In this document: positions 8,866 to 18,138 of the stretch, in pieces | How positions within the stretch are numbered: position 1 is the stretch's first letter | How the letters are laid out: each line of letters starts with the position of its first letter | From: Betaproteobacteria bacterium Ga0077527 | Lineage (GTDB): Bacteria; Pseudomonadota; Gammaproteobacteria; Burkholderiales; SG8-41 | DNA length: 64,000 bases | Direction of reading: 5' to 3' | NCBI GenBank assembly: GCA_001464815.1 | Contig: LNDW01000024.1 | Span: forward strand, 4,712 to 68,711 | Notes under the pieces: model-generated | What the model saw: only the letters and a program-made list of their open reading frames with translations | Told to the model about the DNA's origin: nothing | Database searches by the model: none | Position numbers and translations under genes: made by a program

Positions 8866-10941
8866 TCACACCTTCAAATACTCATTCCTTCCACCAAGCC
8901 ATCTCGCCAGATGCGCCTTCGCCGCTTCCGGCTGCTCGCGCAACAGCTGTTCCGCGGCATCACGTGCGGCGTCGAGCAAATCGAGGTCGCGCGCGAGGTC
9001 GGCGAAGCGCAGCATCGGCACGCCGCTTTGCCTTGCGCCAAGCAGTTCGCCGGGGCCGCGCAGGTTCAGGTCCTGGCGGGCGATTTCGAATCCGTCGGTG
9101 TGTTCGTAGATCACCTTTAGGCGTTCCTTAGCCATCGGCGACAGCGGTGTCTGGTAGAGCAGCACACAGACACTTTCGGTGGCGCCGCGGCCGACGCGGC
9201 CACGCAACTGGTGCAGCTGCGACAGGCCCATGCGTTCGGCGTGTTCGATCACCATCAGCGAGGCATTGGGCACATCGACGCCGATTTCGATCACCGTCGT
9301 CGCCACCAGCAGTTGCAATTCGCCGGCCTTGAACGCGGCCATCACCGCCTGTTTCTCGGCGCCCTTCATGCGACCGTGGACAAGGCCGACACGCAGCTCG
9401 GGAAAGGTCTCTTGCAGCAGGGCGTGGGTATCGAGCGCGGTCTGCAGTTGCAGCTTTTCCGATTCCTCAATCAGCGGGCATACCCAATAGGCCTGACGTC
9501 CGGCGATGCAGGCATCACGCACGCGCTGGATCACTTCGTCGCGGCGCTCTTCCGACACCAGCTTGGTTACCACCGGCGTACGGCCCGGCGGCAGCTCATC
9601 GATCACCGACACATCGAGGTCGGCGTAGTAGCTCATCGCCAGCGTGCGCGGGATCGGCGTCGCGCTCATCATCAGCTGGTGCGGCTGTGCACCCTTGTTC
9701 GATGTACTGCCCTTCATGCGCAGCGCAAGACGCTGGTGCACACCGAAGCGGTGCTGCTCGTCGATGATGGCGAGCCCCAGCTTCTTGAACACAACCTCGT
9801 CCTCGAACAAGGCATGGGTGCCGACGGCGATGGCGGCTTCCCCTGCAGCAATTTCTGCAAGCCATTGTTTTTTATCGGTTTTTTTTAGGCTTCCGGAGAG
9901 CCATGCCACCTTCACGCCCAACGGCTCCAGCCATTCCGAGAACTTGCGGTAGTGTTGCTCGGCGAGGATTTCGGTCGGCGCCATCACCGCGGCCTGATGA
10001 CCGTTTTCCACACACTGCAGCGCGGCCAGCGCAGCCACCACGGTCTTGCCGCTGCCGACATCACCCTGCAGCAGCCGCTGCATCGGATGTGACTGGCCGA
10101 GGTCATCGCGGACCTGCGCCAGCACGCGGTTCTGGGCTGCGGTGAGCTGGAACGGCAGCACCTTCAGTAACGCCTTCACCAGTTGCCCCTTCACCCGCAG
10201 CACCGGCGCACCGGCGGCGCGGCGGCGCTGGTAATGCACCCGCATCGACAACTGTTGCGCGAGCAGCTCGTCAAACTTCATCCGCCGCCATGCCGGATGG
10301 GTGCGCTCCTGCAGCAGCAGTTGCGAAACATCCGGCGGCGGATTGTGCAGCAGGCGCACCGCGTCGGCGAACGGCGGCAGGCCCAGCGATTCGGTCAAGG
10401 CGGAAGGCAGCTGTTCGCCCAGCGGCTCGCCGGCGAGTGCACGCGCAATCAGGCGGCGCAGCGTGTCCTGGCCCATGCCCGCGGTGGTCGGATACACCGG
10501 CGTCAACGACTGCGCCACCGGCATCTCGCCCGCCACCACACGAAAACGTGGATGCACCATCTCCGCGCCGAGGTGGCCGATGCGCACCGCGCCGAAGGCA
10601 CGGATGGTGTTGCCTTCGGCCAGCAGCTTGACCTGGCTGCCGTAGAAATTGAGAAAGCGCAGCACCAGCACGGCATTGCCCTCGGCGATGCGGCAGACCA
10701 GTTGGCGTTTCGGCCGGTACTGGATGCCGCAATCGGTGACCGTGCCCTGTACCAGCAGCTCGGCGCCGGGCAGCGCGTCGGCAATCGGAGTCAGCCGCGT
10801 TTCGTCGTCGTAACGCAGCGGCAGGTGCAGCACCAGATCGAATTTGCGCACGATGCCGAGCTTGGCGAGTTTGTCGGTCACCGCCTTGCTCAGTCCCGAC
10901 AGGGAAGGATGCACGGCAGTCGCCGGTGACGGTCCGGTCAT
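8866..10941 (-). CDS. recG: ATP-dependent DNA helicase RecG
   Basis: Wedge domain plus superfamily-2 helicase motifs (GDVGSGKT, DEQHRFG, MSATPIPRT, QLHQLRGRVGRG). Start set at MTGPSPAT (ATG 10941), because the track N-terminal extension overlaps the divergent promoter. Confidence 0.9.
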   Translation of the reverse strand: MTGPSPATAVHPSLSGLSKAVTDKLAKLGIVRKFDLVLHLPLRYDDETRLTPIADALPGAELLVQGTVTDCGIQYRPKRQLVCRIAEGNAVLVLRFLNFYGSQVKLLAEGNTIRAFGAVRIGHLGAEMVHPRFRVVAGEMPVAQSLTPVYPTTAGMGQDTLRRLIARALAGEPLGEQLPSALTESLGLPPFADAVRLLHNPPPDVSQLLLQERTHPAWRRMKFDELLAQQLSMRVHYQRRRAAGAPVLRVKGQLVKALLKVLPFQLTAAQNRVLAQVRDDLGQSHPMQRLLQGDVGSGKTVVAALAALQCVENGHQAAVMAPTEILAEQHYRKFSEWLEPLGVKVAWLSGSLKKTDKKQWLAEIAAGEAAIAVGTHALFEDEVVFKKLGLAIIDEQHRFGVHQRLALRMKGSTSNKGAQPHQLMMSATPIPRTLAMSYYADLDVSVIDELPPGRTPVVTKLVSEERRDEVIQRVRDACIAGRQAYWVCPLIEESEKLQLQTALDTHALLQETFPELRVGLVHGRMKGAEKQAVMAAFKAGELQLLVATTVIEIGVDVPNASLMVIEHAERMGLSQLHQLRGRVGRGATESVCVLLYQTPLSPMAKERLKVIYEHTDGFEIARQDLNLRGPGELLGARQSGVPMLRFADLARDLDLLDAARDAAEQLLREQPEAAKAHLARWLGGRNEYLKV

Positions 10942-11237
10942 GGCAGGCGCGGGCGCTGCTTGCGTGATGTCACGACGCCTCCAGGGACCGGAGACCGACG
11001 GCGCAATCGCCGGCCACCGTGCAAATACGATATGATGCTCTGCAACACGCGAACATTGTACGCGACCGCCCCAATCGTAAACGACCTCATGAACGACCGT
11101 CCGGTCGAAACTGCCGCAGCGCGACTCCGCGCCCCGGCAAACCTGCCCAGGAAACACGACGCCGCCTGAGGCGCCAGCCAAACTTGGCCAGCCCAAACAA
11201 ACTGCGCAGCATCGTCATCGGCGCACCACGCGACCCG

Positions 11238-13154
11238 ATGAATCCGGAGACTCGCAGGCACATCGCGCTGATCGCTTTTTTTGCCTGGGTCGGCCTCGGC
11301 GCGGATGGCCTCTCCTCCGCCTGTTACGGCCCGGAAGAAGCCTACGTCGCGCTGGGCACGCATACCCAGCTCGGGCTCTATCTCGCCGCGGCGACGATCA
11401 TCACCGTGTTCATCATCTCGCTCGCCTACAACCAGGTGATCGAGCTCTTCCCCAATGGCGGCGGCGGCTACAAGGTGGCGACCCAGCTGATCGGCCCGCG
11501 CGCCGGTGTCACCGCCGGTGCCGCGCTGATCGTCGATTACGTGCTGACCATCGCGATTTCGGTGGCCAGCGGCGCCGACGCCGTGTTCAGCCTGCTGCCG
11601 GTGTCGTGGCAAAGCTGGAAAGTGGCCTTCGCCATCGCGCTGGTACTGGTGCTGCTGACGCTGAACCTGCGCGGCATCAAGGAGGCGATCAAGATCCTGC
11701 TGCCGGTATTCGTTGGTTTTGTGGTCATTCACGCCGTACTGATCATCTGGGGCATCTACGCCCACGCCGAGCGCCTGCCAACACTGATCCCGGCCACGCT
11801 GGCCGAAACGAAGGCGATGGCCGGTGAAGCGGGCTGGACCTTTGTTGTCGCGACACTGCTCTTCGCCTACTCGCATGGCGGCGGCACCTACACCGGGCTG
11901 GAAGCGGTATCCAACAACATCAACACACTGGCCGAGCCGCGGGTGCGCACCGGCAAATGGACCATGTTCTACATGGCGATGTCGCTGGCCTTCACCGCCG
12001 GCGGCATCCTCGTGCTGTACATGTTGTGGGACGCGGTAAAGGTTCCGGGGCAGACCCTCAACGCCACGGTGTTCGGCGCGATCATCGACGAATTCAACCT
12101 CGGCAGCCCGGCGCTGAACGAAACCGCGCTGCTGGTGGTGCTGCTGCTCGAAGCCGGGCTGCTGTTCATTGCCGCCAACACCGGTTTCCTCGGCGGACCG
12201 GCGGTGCTTGCAAACATGGCGGCGGACTCCTGGGTGCCGCGGCAGTTCCGCCAGCTCTCCAGCCGCCTGGTCACCCAGAACGGTATAGTGCTGATGGCGG
12301 TGGCGGCGCTGGTGGTGCTGCTGTGGAGCAAAGGCAGCGTCGCGCTGCTGGTGGTGCTCTACAGCATCAACGTATTCCTGACCTTCAGCATCGCGTTGTG
12401 GGGACTTTGCCTGTACTGGGTCCGCAACCGCCGCTCCGCTGAACACTGGCGCTGGCGCCTGGCACTGTCGGCGACCGGCCTCTTTGTCACCTCCGGCATC
12501 CTGCTGGTGCTGATCTTCGGCAAGTTCTTCGACGGCGGCTGGGTGACGCTGCTGATCACTGGCGGCGTGATCGCGCTGTGCGCGGCGATCCGCTGGCATT
12601 ACCACGAAACCCGCGAGCAGTTGCGCAAGATCGACAAGCTGTTTTCCAGCGGCGCGCCGCTGAAAGCGGTCGAAAACCCGCCACTGCCCGATCCGCAAAA
12701 GCCGGCCGCGGTGTTCTTCGTCGGCAAGAACCGCGGCGTCGGCATGCACGCGCTGCTGTGGGTGCAGCGCCTGTTCCCCGGCCACTTCCGCAATTTCGTG
12801 TTTGTCAGCGTCGGCGAGATCGACGCCCAGCGCTTTGATGGCGCAGGCGCGCTGCGCACCCTGCAGTTCGAGATCGAGAACTCGCTGCGCTACTACGAGA
12901 ATTTCTGCCACAGCCACGAACTGGCGGCAAAAAGCTACTGCGGTTTCGGCACTGAACCGGTGGAGGAATTGCTGAAACTCGTCGGGCAGATCACCCGCGA
13001 CTTCCCGAACTGCGTGTTCTTCGCCTCAAAGCTGATCTTCGTGCACGACAACTTTTTCACCCGCTGGCTGCACAATCAGACAGCCCTGGCCCTGCAGCAG
13101 AAGCTTCATCTGCAGGGAATACAGATGGTGATATTGCCGATGAAGGTGCAGTAA
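11238..13154 (+). CDS. APC-superfamily permease with a C-terminal cytoplasmic domain
   Basis: Start at MNPETRRH (ATG 11238). About 12 TM segments, GADGLSSACYGPEEA motif, and a soluble C-terminal domain of about 190 aa. Confidence 0.75.
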   Translation: MNPETRRHIALIAFFAWVGLGADGLSSACYGPEEAYVALGTHTQLGLYLAAATIITVFIISLAYNQVIELFPNGGGGYKVATQLIGPRAGVTAGAALIVDYVLTIAISVASGADAVFSLLPVSWQSWKVAFAIALVLVLLTLNLRGIKEAIKILLPVFVGFVVIHAVLIIWGIYAHAERLPTLIPATLAETKAMAGEAGWTFVVATLLFAYSHGGGTYTGLEAVSNNINTLAEPRVRTGKWTMFYMAMSLAFTAGGILVLYMLWDAVKVPGQTLNATVFGAIIDEFNLGSPALNETALLVVLLLEAGLLFIAANTGFLGGPAVLANMAADSWVPRQFRQLSSRLVTQNGIVLMAVAALVVLLWSKGSVALLVVLYSINVFLTFSIALWGLCLYWVRNRRSAEHWRWRLALSATGLFVTSGILLVLIFGKFFDGGWVTLLITGGVIALCAAIRWHYHETREQLRKIDKLFSSGAPLKAVENPPLPDPQKPAAVFFVGKNRGVGMHALLWVQRLFPGHFRNFVFVSVGEIDAQRFDGAGALRTLQFEIENSLRYYENFCHSHELAAKSYCGFGTEPVEELLKLVGQITRDFPNCVFFASKLIFVHDNFFTRWLHNQTALALQQKLHLQGIQMVILPMKVQ

Positions 13155-13170
13155 CTTAAACGCGGCCGCC

Positions 13171-14736
13171 TTACCTTGCGGCTGATGAGGCAATAAACGC
13201 CCGATTCGCCGAGAACCCGCTTTTCAGCACCAGGTCGGCAAAGCGCGCAGGATCAGCGACGTAGGCGCGCTTTTCAGAGAAGTGCTGCACGCCCTGAAGG
13301 CCGGTGGCCATGGTCAGGGAATTGGCAAGGCCCGCGGTGTTGAAGTTGTCGACGGTTTTCACAGTGGCGTAATCACCGGGGAAGGCGATCACCTTCTCGA
13401 GTCGGCGCGAACCCATTTCGGTGATGATCGGATTGTTGGCATGCGCCGCCCAGACGATGGTGTGCATCGGCACCAGTGCGATGCCGGGTTTGGCATCCAC
13501 ATGGGCATTGCTGCGGAAAGTGCTGCGCCCTGAACTTTCCACCTCGGCGAAATCAATCACCACCTGCGGAATCAGCAGCACCGACTGCGTTTCGGTCGAA
13601 ATCGAACCGAGCACCTTGTTGTTGGTCTGCGAGAAGGGGCCCTTGTCACCCAGTGATTCACCGGCGATGAAATACAGCGGCATGTTGGTGGGTGCAAACA
13701 CCTGGTAATGCCGCGCATCTCCGGTGGGGCTCACGGTATATGCATCATTGCCGGTGGCTTCGGTGCGCTCGAGCTTGCCGAACGAAGGCGCGCGCAGCAA
13801 CTCCTCCTGGGTCACCACGGTCTTGCCGGAGGCTTTCAGCTGCTCAACAAAATCGGCATAGAGCTGATCGGTTATGGCCTGCATCAGTTGGCGGTTGACG
13901 TTGAGCAGGCCGACTTCGATTTTCCGGTTCTGTGCCTGGGTGATGGTGCGGATGGTGCCGGTTGACTGGCCGATGTTGGCAACACCGGAGCCGGCATAGG
14001 CGCTGGCACTGTTGCGCACCACGAATGCCACGCGGTAACCGGCCACGGCCACTTTCTGGCCGCGCGAAGCCAGTGTGCCGAAATTCATGCCGGGGCCGAT
14101 ACCCAGCTCAACAGGCGTTGCCGCTGCTGATTTAGCAGCGCCCGCAGCCTGGCCGACCAAGGCGCTGGCACCGGCGGCATCCGCCGGTGGTGGCGGCGCC
14201 ATTCCCTCGGCCGCCGCGCTTGCCGCCGCACCGGCCACCGTCAGCTTCTGCAGCTCTTCACCACTCAGTGCACGGCCGGCGGCATTGAGGTCGGAAGCCT
14301 TGCAGTCCTTGGCGAGAAACAATCCGGTGAGATGTTCCTTGCGCGCGCCGGCCTGTTTTGCGCGTTCGCCCGCCTGCTGTGCCGACTGCGCCGAGGTTTG
14401 CTGCACGGCTCCGGCGGCGGTTTGCGCCGCCACCTGCCCGAACAGGTGGCCGGTGAGTCCGCCGATGGCACCAAACAGTCCGGTGCGTCCGGCCACCTCG
14501 GCCGCGGTGCCCGCGGCACTGGCGGCGGTGGTGTTGGTTTTCTGCTTGGCTTCAATCACACGTGCCTCGGCAACGATCTTGTCCATGTCGCCGATTTCGC
14601 CGTGAATCTGGGCGCAGCTCAGTTCGTTGTCGGTGATCTTGACCCGGTCTATCGGGCCGGGAGCGGCGGCTTGTTGGGCAAACGCAGCAGATGCTGCAAA
14701 TAAGGTAACCACCGGCAAAATCCGGAAAAATTTCAT
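13171..14736 (-). CDS. Exported hypothetical protein (521 aa), no family recognised
   Basis: Start at MKFFRILPVVTLFAASAAFAQQ (signal peptide, ATG 14736). Ala/Gly/Gln-rich N-terminal half, and a C-terminal half of about 300 aa with normal composition. Confidence 0.6.
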   Translation of the reverse strand: MKFFRILPVVTLFAASAAFAQQAAAPGPIDRVKITDNELSCAQIHGEIGDMDKIVAEARVIEAKQKTNTTAASAAGTAAEVAGRTGLFGAIGGLTGHLFGQVAAQTAAGAVQQTSAQSAQQAGERAKQAGARKEHLTGLFLAKDCKASDLNAAGRALSGEELQKLTVAGAAASAAAEGMAPPPPADAAGASALVGQAAGAAKSAAATPVELGIGPGMNFGTLASRGQKVAVAGYRVAFVVRNSASAYAGSGVANIGQSTGTIRTITQAQNRKIEVGLLNVNRQLMQAITDQLYADFVEQLKASGKTVVTQEELLRAPSFGKLERTEATGNDAYTVSPTGDARHYQVFAPTNMPLYFIAGESLGDKGPFSQTNNKVLGSISTETQSVLLIPQVVIDFAEVESSGRSTFRSNAHVDAKPGIALVPMHTIVWAAHANNPIITEMGSRRLEKVIAFPGDYATVKTVDNFNTAGLANSLTMATGLQGVQHFSEKRAYVADPARFADLVLKSGFSANRAFIASSAAR

Positions 14737-14882
14737 TACTGCCCCCTGTTTTTGTGTATTTTTTCGGCAAGCGCATAAAAAAAGCATTGCCGCGATGGCC
14801 AAAATTATTGCGGTGCATCGCGGCGCTGGCAAGCGCCACGATGGAGCAACTGTGACTTATTTGGCTTTTTTGCCTGGCAAGC

Positions 14883-16037
14883 TCAGGACGGCAGATTGAG
14901 CACGTACTTGGCCAGGATGTTGCGCTGGATTTCGTTGGAGCCGCCGTAAATGGTGCCGGGCCGCGAGTTGTAGAAAGGTGACAGTACATCGATAGCGGTG
15001 TCACCAAACGAAACCTCACCCTCCATCGGCGCGTATTCGCCGGCCGCTTCGAGCAGCAGTTCAGACAGCTTCTGGTAGGTGTCCATCGACCATACCTTGA
15101 GCATCGACACGTCAGGGCCCATCGCCTCGCCGCGGCGCGCCTTGTCGACATAACGACCATACAAGGAGCCGAGATCTGCGAGATCGAGCTTGAGCTGGGT
15201 CAGGCGCTCTGCAAATGCGGCGTCAGCCATCAGTCCGCGGGCTTGCGCCAGCGCCTCGAGTTTTTCCATCGCCTGCAACGGCCGCCGCGGGCTGCCGATG
15301 TTCAGGCGCTCGAAACCGAGCAGGCCCTTGGCGATGGTCCAGCCCTTGTGCAGTTCACCGACGAGGTTTTCCTTCGGCGTGCGCACATTGTCGAAAAATA
15401 CCTGGCAGAACTCTTCGTGTCCGGCGATGTTGCGGATGGTGCGCAGCGTGATGCCTGGTGTTTTCATGTCGACCAGGAAAAAACTGATGCCCTCCTGTTT
15501 TTTCTTCGCCGCCTTGTCGGTGCGCGCCAGCACATAGATATGGGTGGCGTCGTGCGCCATCGAGGTCCAGATCTTGCTGCCGTTGATCACGTAATCGCCG
15601 CCATCGGGCACGGCCTCGGTGCGCAGGCTGGCAAGGTCGGAACCGGAATTCGGTTCGGAGTAGCCCTGGCACCAGATCGCGTCACCGGCGAGGATGCGCG
15701 GCAAAAAATGGCCACGCTGCGCATCGTTGCCGAAGCGGATCAGCGTCGGCCCGACCATGGTGATGCCCTGATCGGGCATGCGGCCGACGCCGGCACGTTC
15801 GGTCTCTTCGAAATAAATCAGCAGCTTGGTCGGCGACAGGCCCATGCCGCCGTGCTCACGCGGCCAGTTCGGCGCGATCCAGCCCTTTTTCGACAGCTTC
15901 AGGTACCAGTCGCGGCATTCCGCCCAGCGCATGCGCCGCGGCAGAAACTTGAAATGCCCGGGAAACTCGTTTTCGAAAAACGTCCGCGTCTCGGCTCGGA
16001 AAGCCTCGTCGCTCAGTGCATTCCAGTCGGTGCTCAT
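14883..16037 (-). CDS. Acyl-CoA dehydrogenase family protein
   Basis: 384 aa with CQGYSEPNSGSDLASL and GGSNEIQRNILA motifs. ATGA overlap with the upstream ACAD paralog. Confidence 0.85.
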   Translation of the reverse strand: MSTDWNALSDEAFRAETRTFFENEFPGHFKFLPRRMRWAECRDWYLKLSKKGWIAPNWPREHGGMGLSPTKLLIYFEETERAGVGRMPDQGITMVGPTLIRFGNDAQRGHFLPRILAGDAIWCQGYSEPNSGSDLASLRTEAVPDGGDYVINGSKIWTSMAHDATHIYVLARTDKAAKKKQEGISFFLVDMKTPGITLRTIRNIAGHEEFCQVFFDNVRTPKENLVGELHKGWTIAKGLLGFERLNIGSPRRPLQAMEKLEALAQARGLMADAAFAERLTQLKLDLADLGSLYGRYVDKARRGEAMGPDVSMLKVWSMDTYQKLSELLLEAAGEYAPMEGEVSFGDTAIDVLSPFYNSRPGTIYGGSNEIQRNILAKYVLNLPS

Positions 16038-17176
16038 GCTGCCTCCTTCCGTGCGACCTGTGCCGACAGCCTTGCATAACGCGCGCGGTGGGCGCGGCCG
16101 TTGCCGAGCCAGCTCGCCAGCATCAGCGCACGCTTCACATACAAACCCACATCACAGTCTTCGGTGAATCCGATCGCGCCATGAAACTGGATCGCGGCGC
16201 GGGTGATCGCCAGCGCGGCATCACCGCAGCGCGACTTGGCGCGGCTTGCCGCGAGTCCGCGCGCCGCGGCATCAGCACCGGCCTCGATCTGGCGCACCAC
16301 ATCGCGCAGCACCGAATCGGCCAGCTCCTGCTGGATGTAGAGATCAACGGCACGGTGCTGCAAGGCCTGGAAGCTGCCGATCGGCTTGCCGAACTGCACC
16401 CGCGTCTTCATGTAATCGAGACTCATCTCGTGGGCGCGCTTCATCACGCCGACGAGTTCCGCCGCGGCAGTCACCGCAGCACGGTCCAGCGCGCGGTCCA
16501 GCGCGGCGCGCGCCGCATCACCTTCGGCGAGCACTTGCGCTCGTGACACCGCCACATCCTTCAGCATCAGCGCGCCGTAGCTGCGGCCGTCGGCCAGCGG
16601 CCGCAATTTCACACCGCAACCCGCCGCATCACGCGGTACCCACAGCATTGCAATGCCCTGTGCGGTTGCCGCACTGACGATGAAACCATCGGCCGCAGCA
16701 GCACCTGCAACAAACTGTTTTTCGCCACTGACCAGGAAGCCGCCCTCAAATGGCAGTGCACGACAGGCCAGCTGTGTACCGCAAAAATCATCGGCCTGTT
16801 CCTGCCAGGCAGCGAGCGGCAGGCATTCGCCGGTGGCCAGACCGGCAAGCAGTTCGTCGCGCAGCGCCGCCGCGGGCAGGCCATCGAGCAGGCTCGCGGC
16901 GAGTATGGCGACCGCGGTGTACGGTTCCGGCGTCAGTGCACGGCCGATACCTTCGGCCACAATCGTCGCCTCGGCAAGCCCAAGGCCGAGGCCACCACAG
17001 GATTCAGGCACCATCACGCCGAGCCAGCCGAATTCGGCGAGCTGGTTCCACTGTCCGCGGTCAAACTCGGTACGGGTCTGCGCCAGCGCGCGCACCCGCG
17101 GCAGATCGGCGCCATGTTGCACATAATCGCCGACACTCTGCGCGAGCAGTGCCGCGTGTTCGCTCTGTTCAGCCAT
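16034..17176 (-). CDS. Acyl-CoA dehydrogenase family protein (paralogous partner subunit)
   Basis: ACAD fold (QFHGAIGFTEDCDVGLYVKRA). ATG 17176 is preceded by GGAGAG. The track start at 17209 is a TTG. Confidence 0.8.
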   Translation of the reverse strand: MAEQSEHAALLAQSVGDYVQHGADLPRVRALAQTRTEFDRGQWNQLAEFGWLGVMVPESCGGLGLGLAEATIVAEGIGRALTPEPYTAVAILAASLLDGLPAAALRDELLAGLATGECLPLAAWQEQADDFCGTQLACRALPFEGGFLVSGEKQFVAGAAAADGFIVSAATAQGIAMLWVPRDAAGCGVKLRPLADGRSYGALMLKDVAVSRAQVLAEGDAARAALDRALDRAAVTAAAELVGVMKRAHEMSLDYMKTRVQFGKPIGSFQALQHRAVDLYIQQELADSVLRDVVRQIEAGADAAARGLAASRAKSRCGDAALAITRAAIQFHGAIGFTEDCDVGLYVKRALMLASWLGNGRAHRARYARLSAQVARKEAA

Positions 17177-17442
17177 TCTTGCCTCTCCTGTCGGGAACCT
17201 GTTGGCCAACTCCCGCTACTGCGGTCGGATTGCCCCAAACCGGACGCCGCATTTAACTGATTGTTTTAATTGATTTATTTTTATTGGCGCTGCAGTAGCC
17301 TGTGCATGGAGATTACCCAATCCCGGAGACAGGGGCCATAGCTGTCCCAGCATGCGGACAACACGCGCGAATTGCCGCGGGTCACAGGCTCGGCTACATT
17401 GCGCGCCCTCATGCCCGCAACCGCACAAACAAGCCGCGCTGT

Positions 17443-18024
17443 ATGGAAGCACTGCTGATTTCCACCGCCGTGGTCGCTCTCGCCGAAATCGGCGACAAGA
17501 CCCAGTTGCTTGCCTTGCTGCTCGCCGCGCGCTTTCGCCGGCCGCGGCCGATCATTGCCGGCATTTTTGTGGCGACACTGGCCAATCACGCCATTGCCGG
17601 CAGTCTTGGCGCATGGATCGCGCAGGCGCTTTCACCGGAAGCGATGCGCTGGATACTCGGCTCATCCTTCATCGCGATGGCGGCATGGATGCTGGTGCCG
17701 GACAAACTCGATGCCGGTGCGGCCACACCGCACGCTCCCCTCGGCGTGTTTGGCGTCACCACCGTAGCGTTTTTCCTCGCCGAGATGGCCGACAAGACAC
17801 AGATCGCAACCATTGCGCTCGCCGCGCGTTTTGATGTGCTGTGGGCAGTGGTCATCGGCACCACGCTGGGCATGATGATCGCCAACGTGCCGGTGGTGCT
17901 GTTTGGAGAAGCCGCGGCGCGCAGGCTGCCGGTGCGCGCGGTGCATGCGCTGGCGGCACTGGTCTTCGCCACACTGGGTGTGCTGGCCCTGCTCGGCGCC
18001 GGCAACCACTGGCTTTCGCACTGA
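17443..18024 (+). CDS. TMEM165/GDT1 (UPF0016) family cation transporter
   Basis: Two copies of the E-x-G-D-K-T/S motif (AEIGDKTQLL and AEMADKTQIA). Start at MEALLIST (ATG 17443). Confidence 0.8.
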   Translation: MEALLISTAVVALAEIGDKTQLLALLLAARFRRPRPIIAGIFVATLANHAIAGSLGAWIAQALSPEAMRWILGSSFIAMAAWMLVPDKLDAGAATPHAPLGVFGVTTVAFFLAEMADKTQIATIALAARFDVLWAVVIGTTLGMMIANVPVVLFGEAAARRLPVRAVHALAALVFATLGVLALLGAGNHWLSH

Positions 18025-18138
18025 ACATCCCGGACCGGGCCCTCCAACTGTCATGAACGCCACGCTTCACTACCGGTAGTATGCGCAATCCCGGCCGGCC
18101 TTCGCCGCCCCCCCTTTTCACCGGAAACCCTGACACTG

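Noticed and set aside
10938-12917. 659-aa ORF antisense to the APC permease. Similar long shadow ORFs occur at 4001-5551 (+), 5572-7056 (+), 23654-25465 (-), 27977-29605 (-), 38536-40059 (+), 55314-56867 (+), 57056-58378 (+) and 59189-60565 (+).
   Set aside because: Their translations are Arg/His/Gln/Gly/Ala-rich and low in complexity, with no motifs. The opposite strand in each case encodes a full-length member of a well-known family. Long stop-free antisense frames are expected in high-GC DNA.
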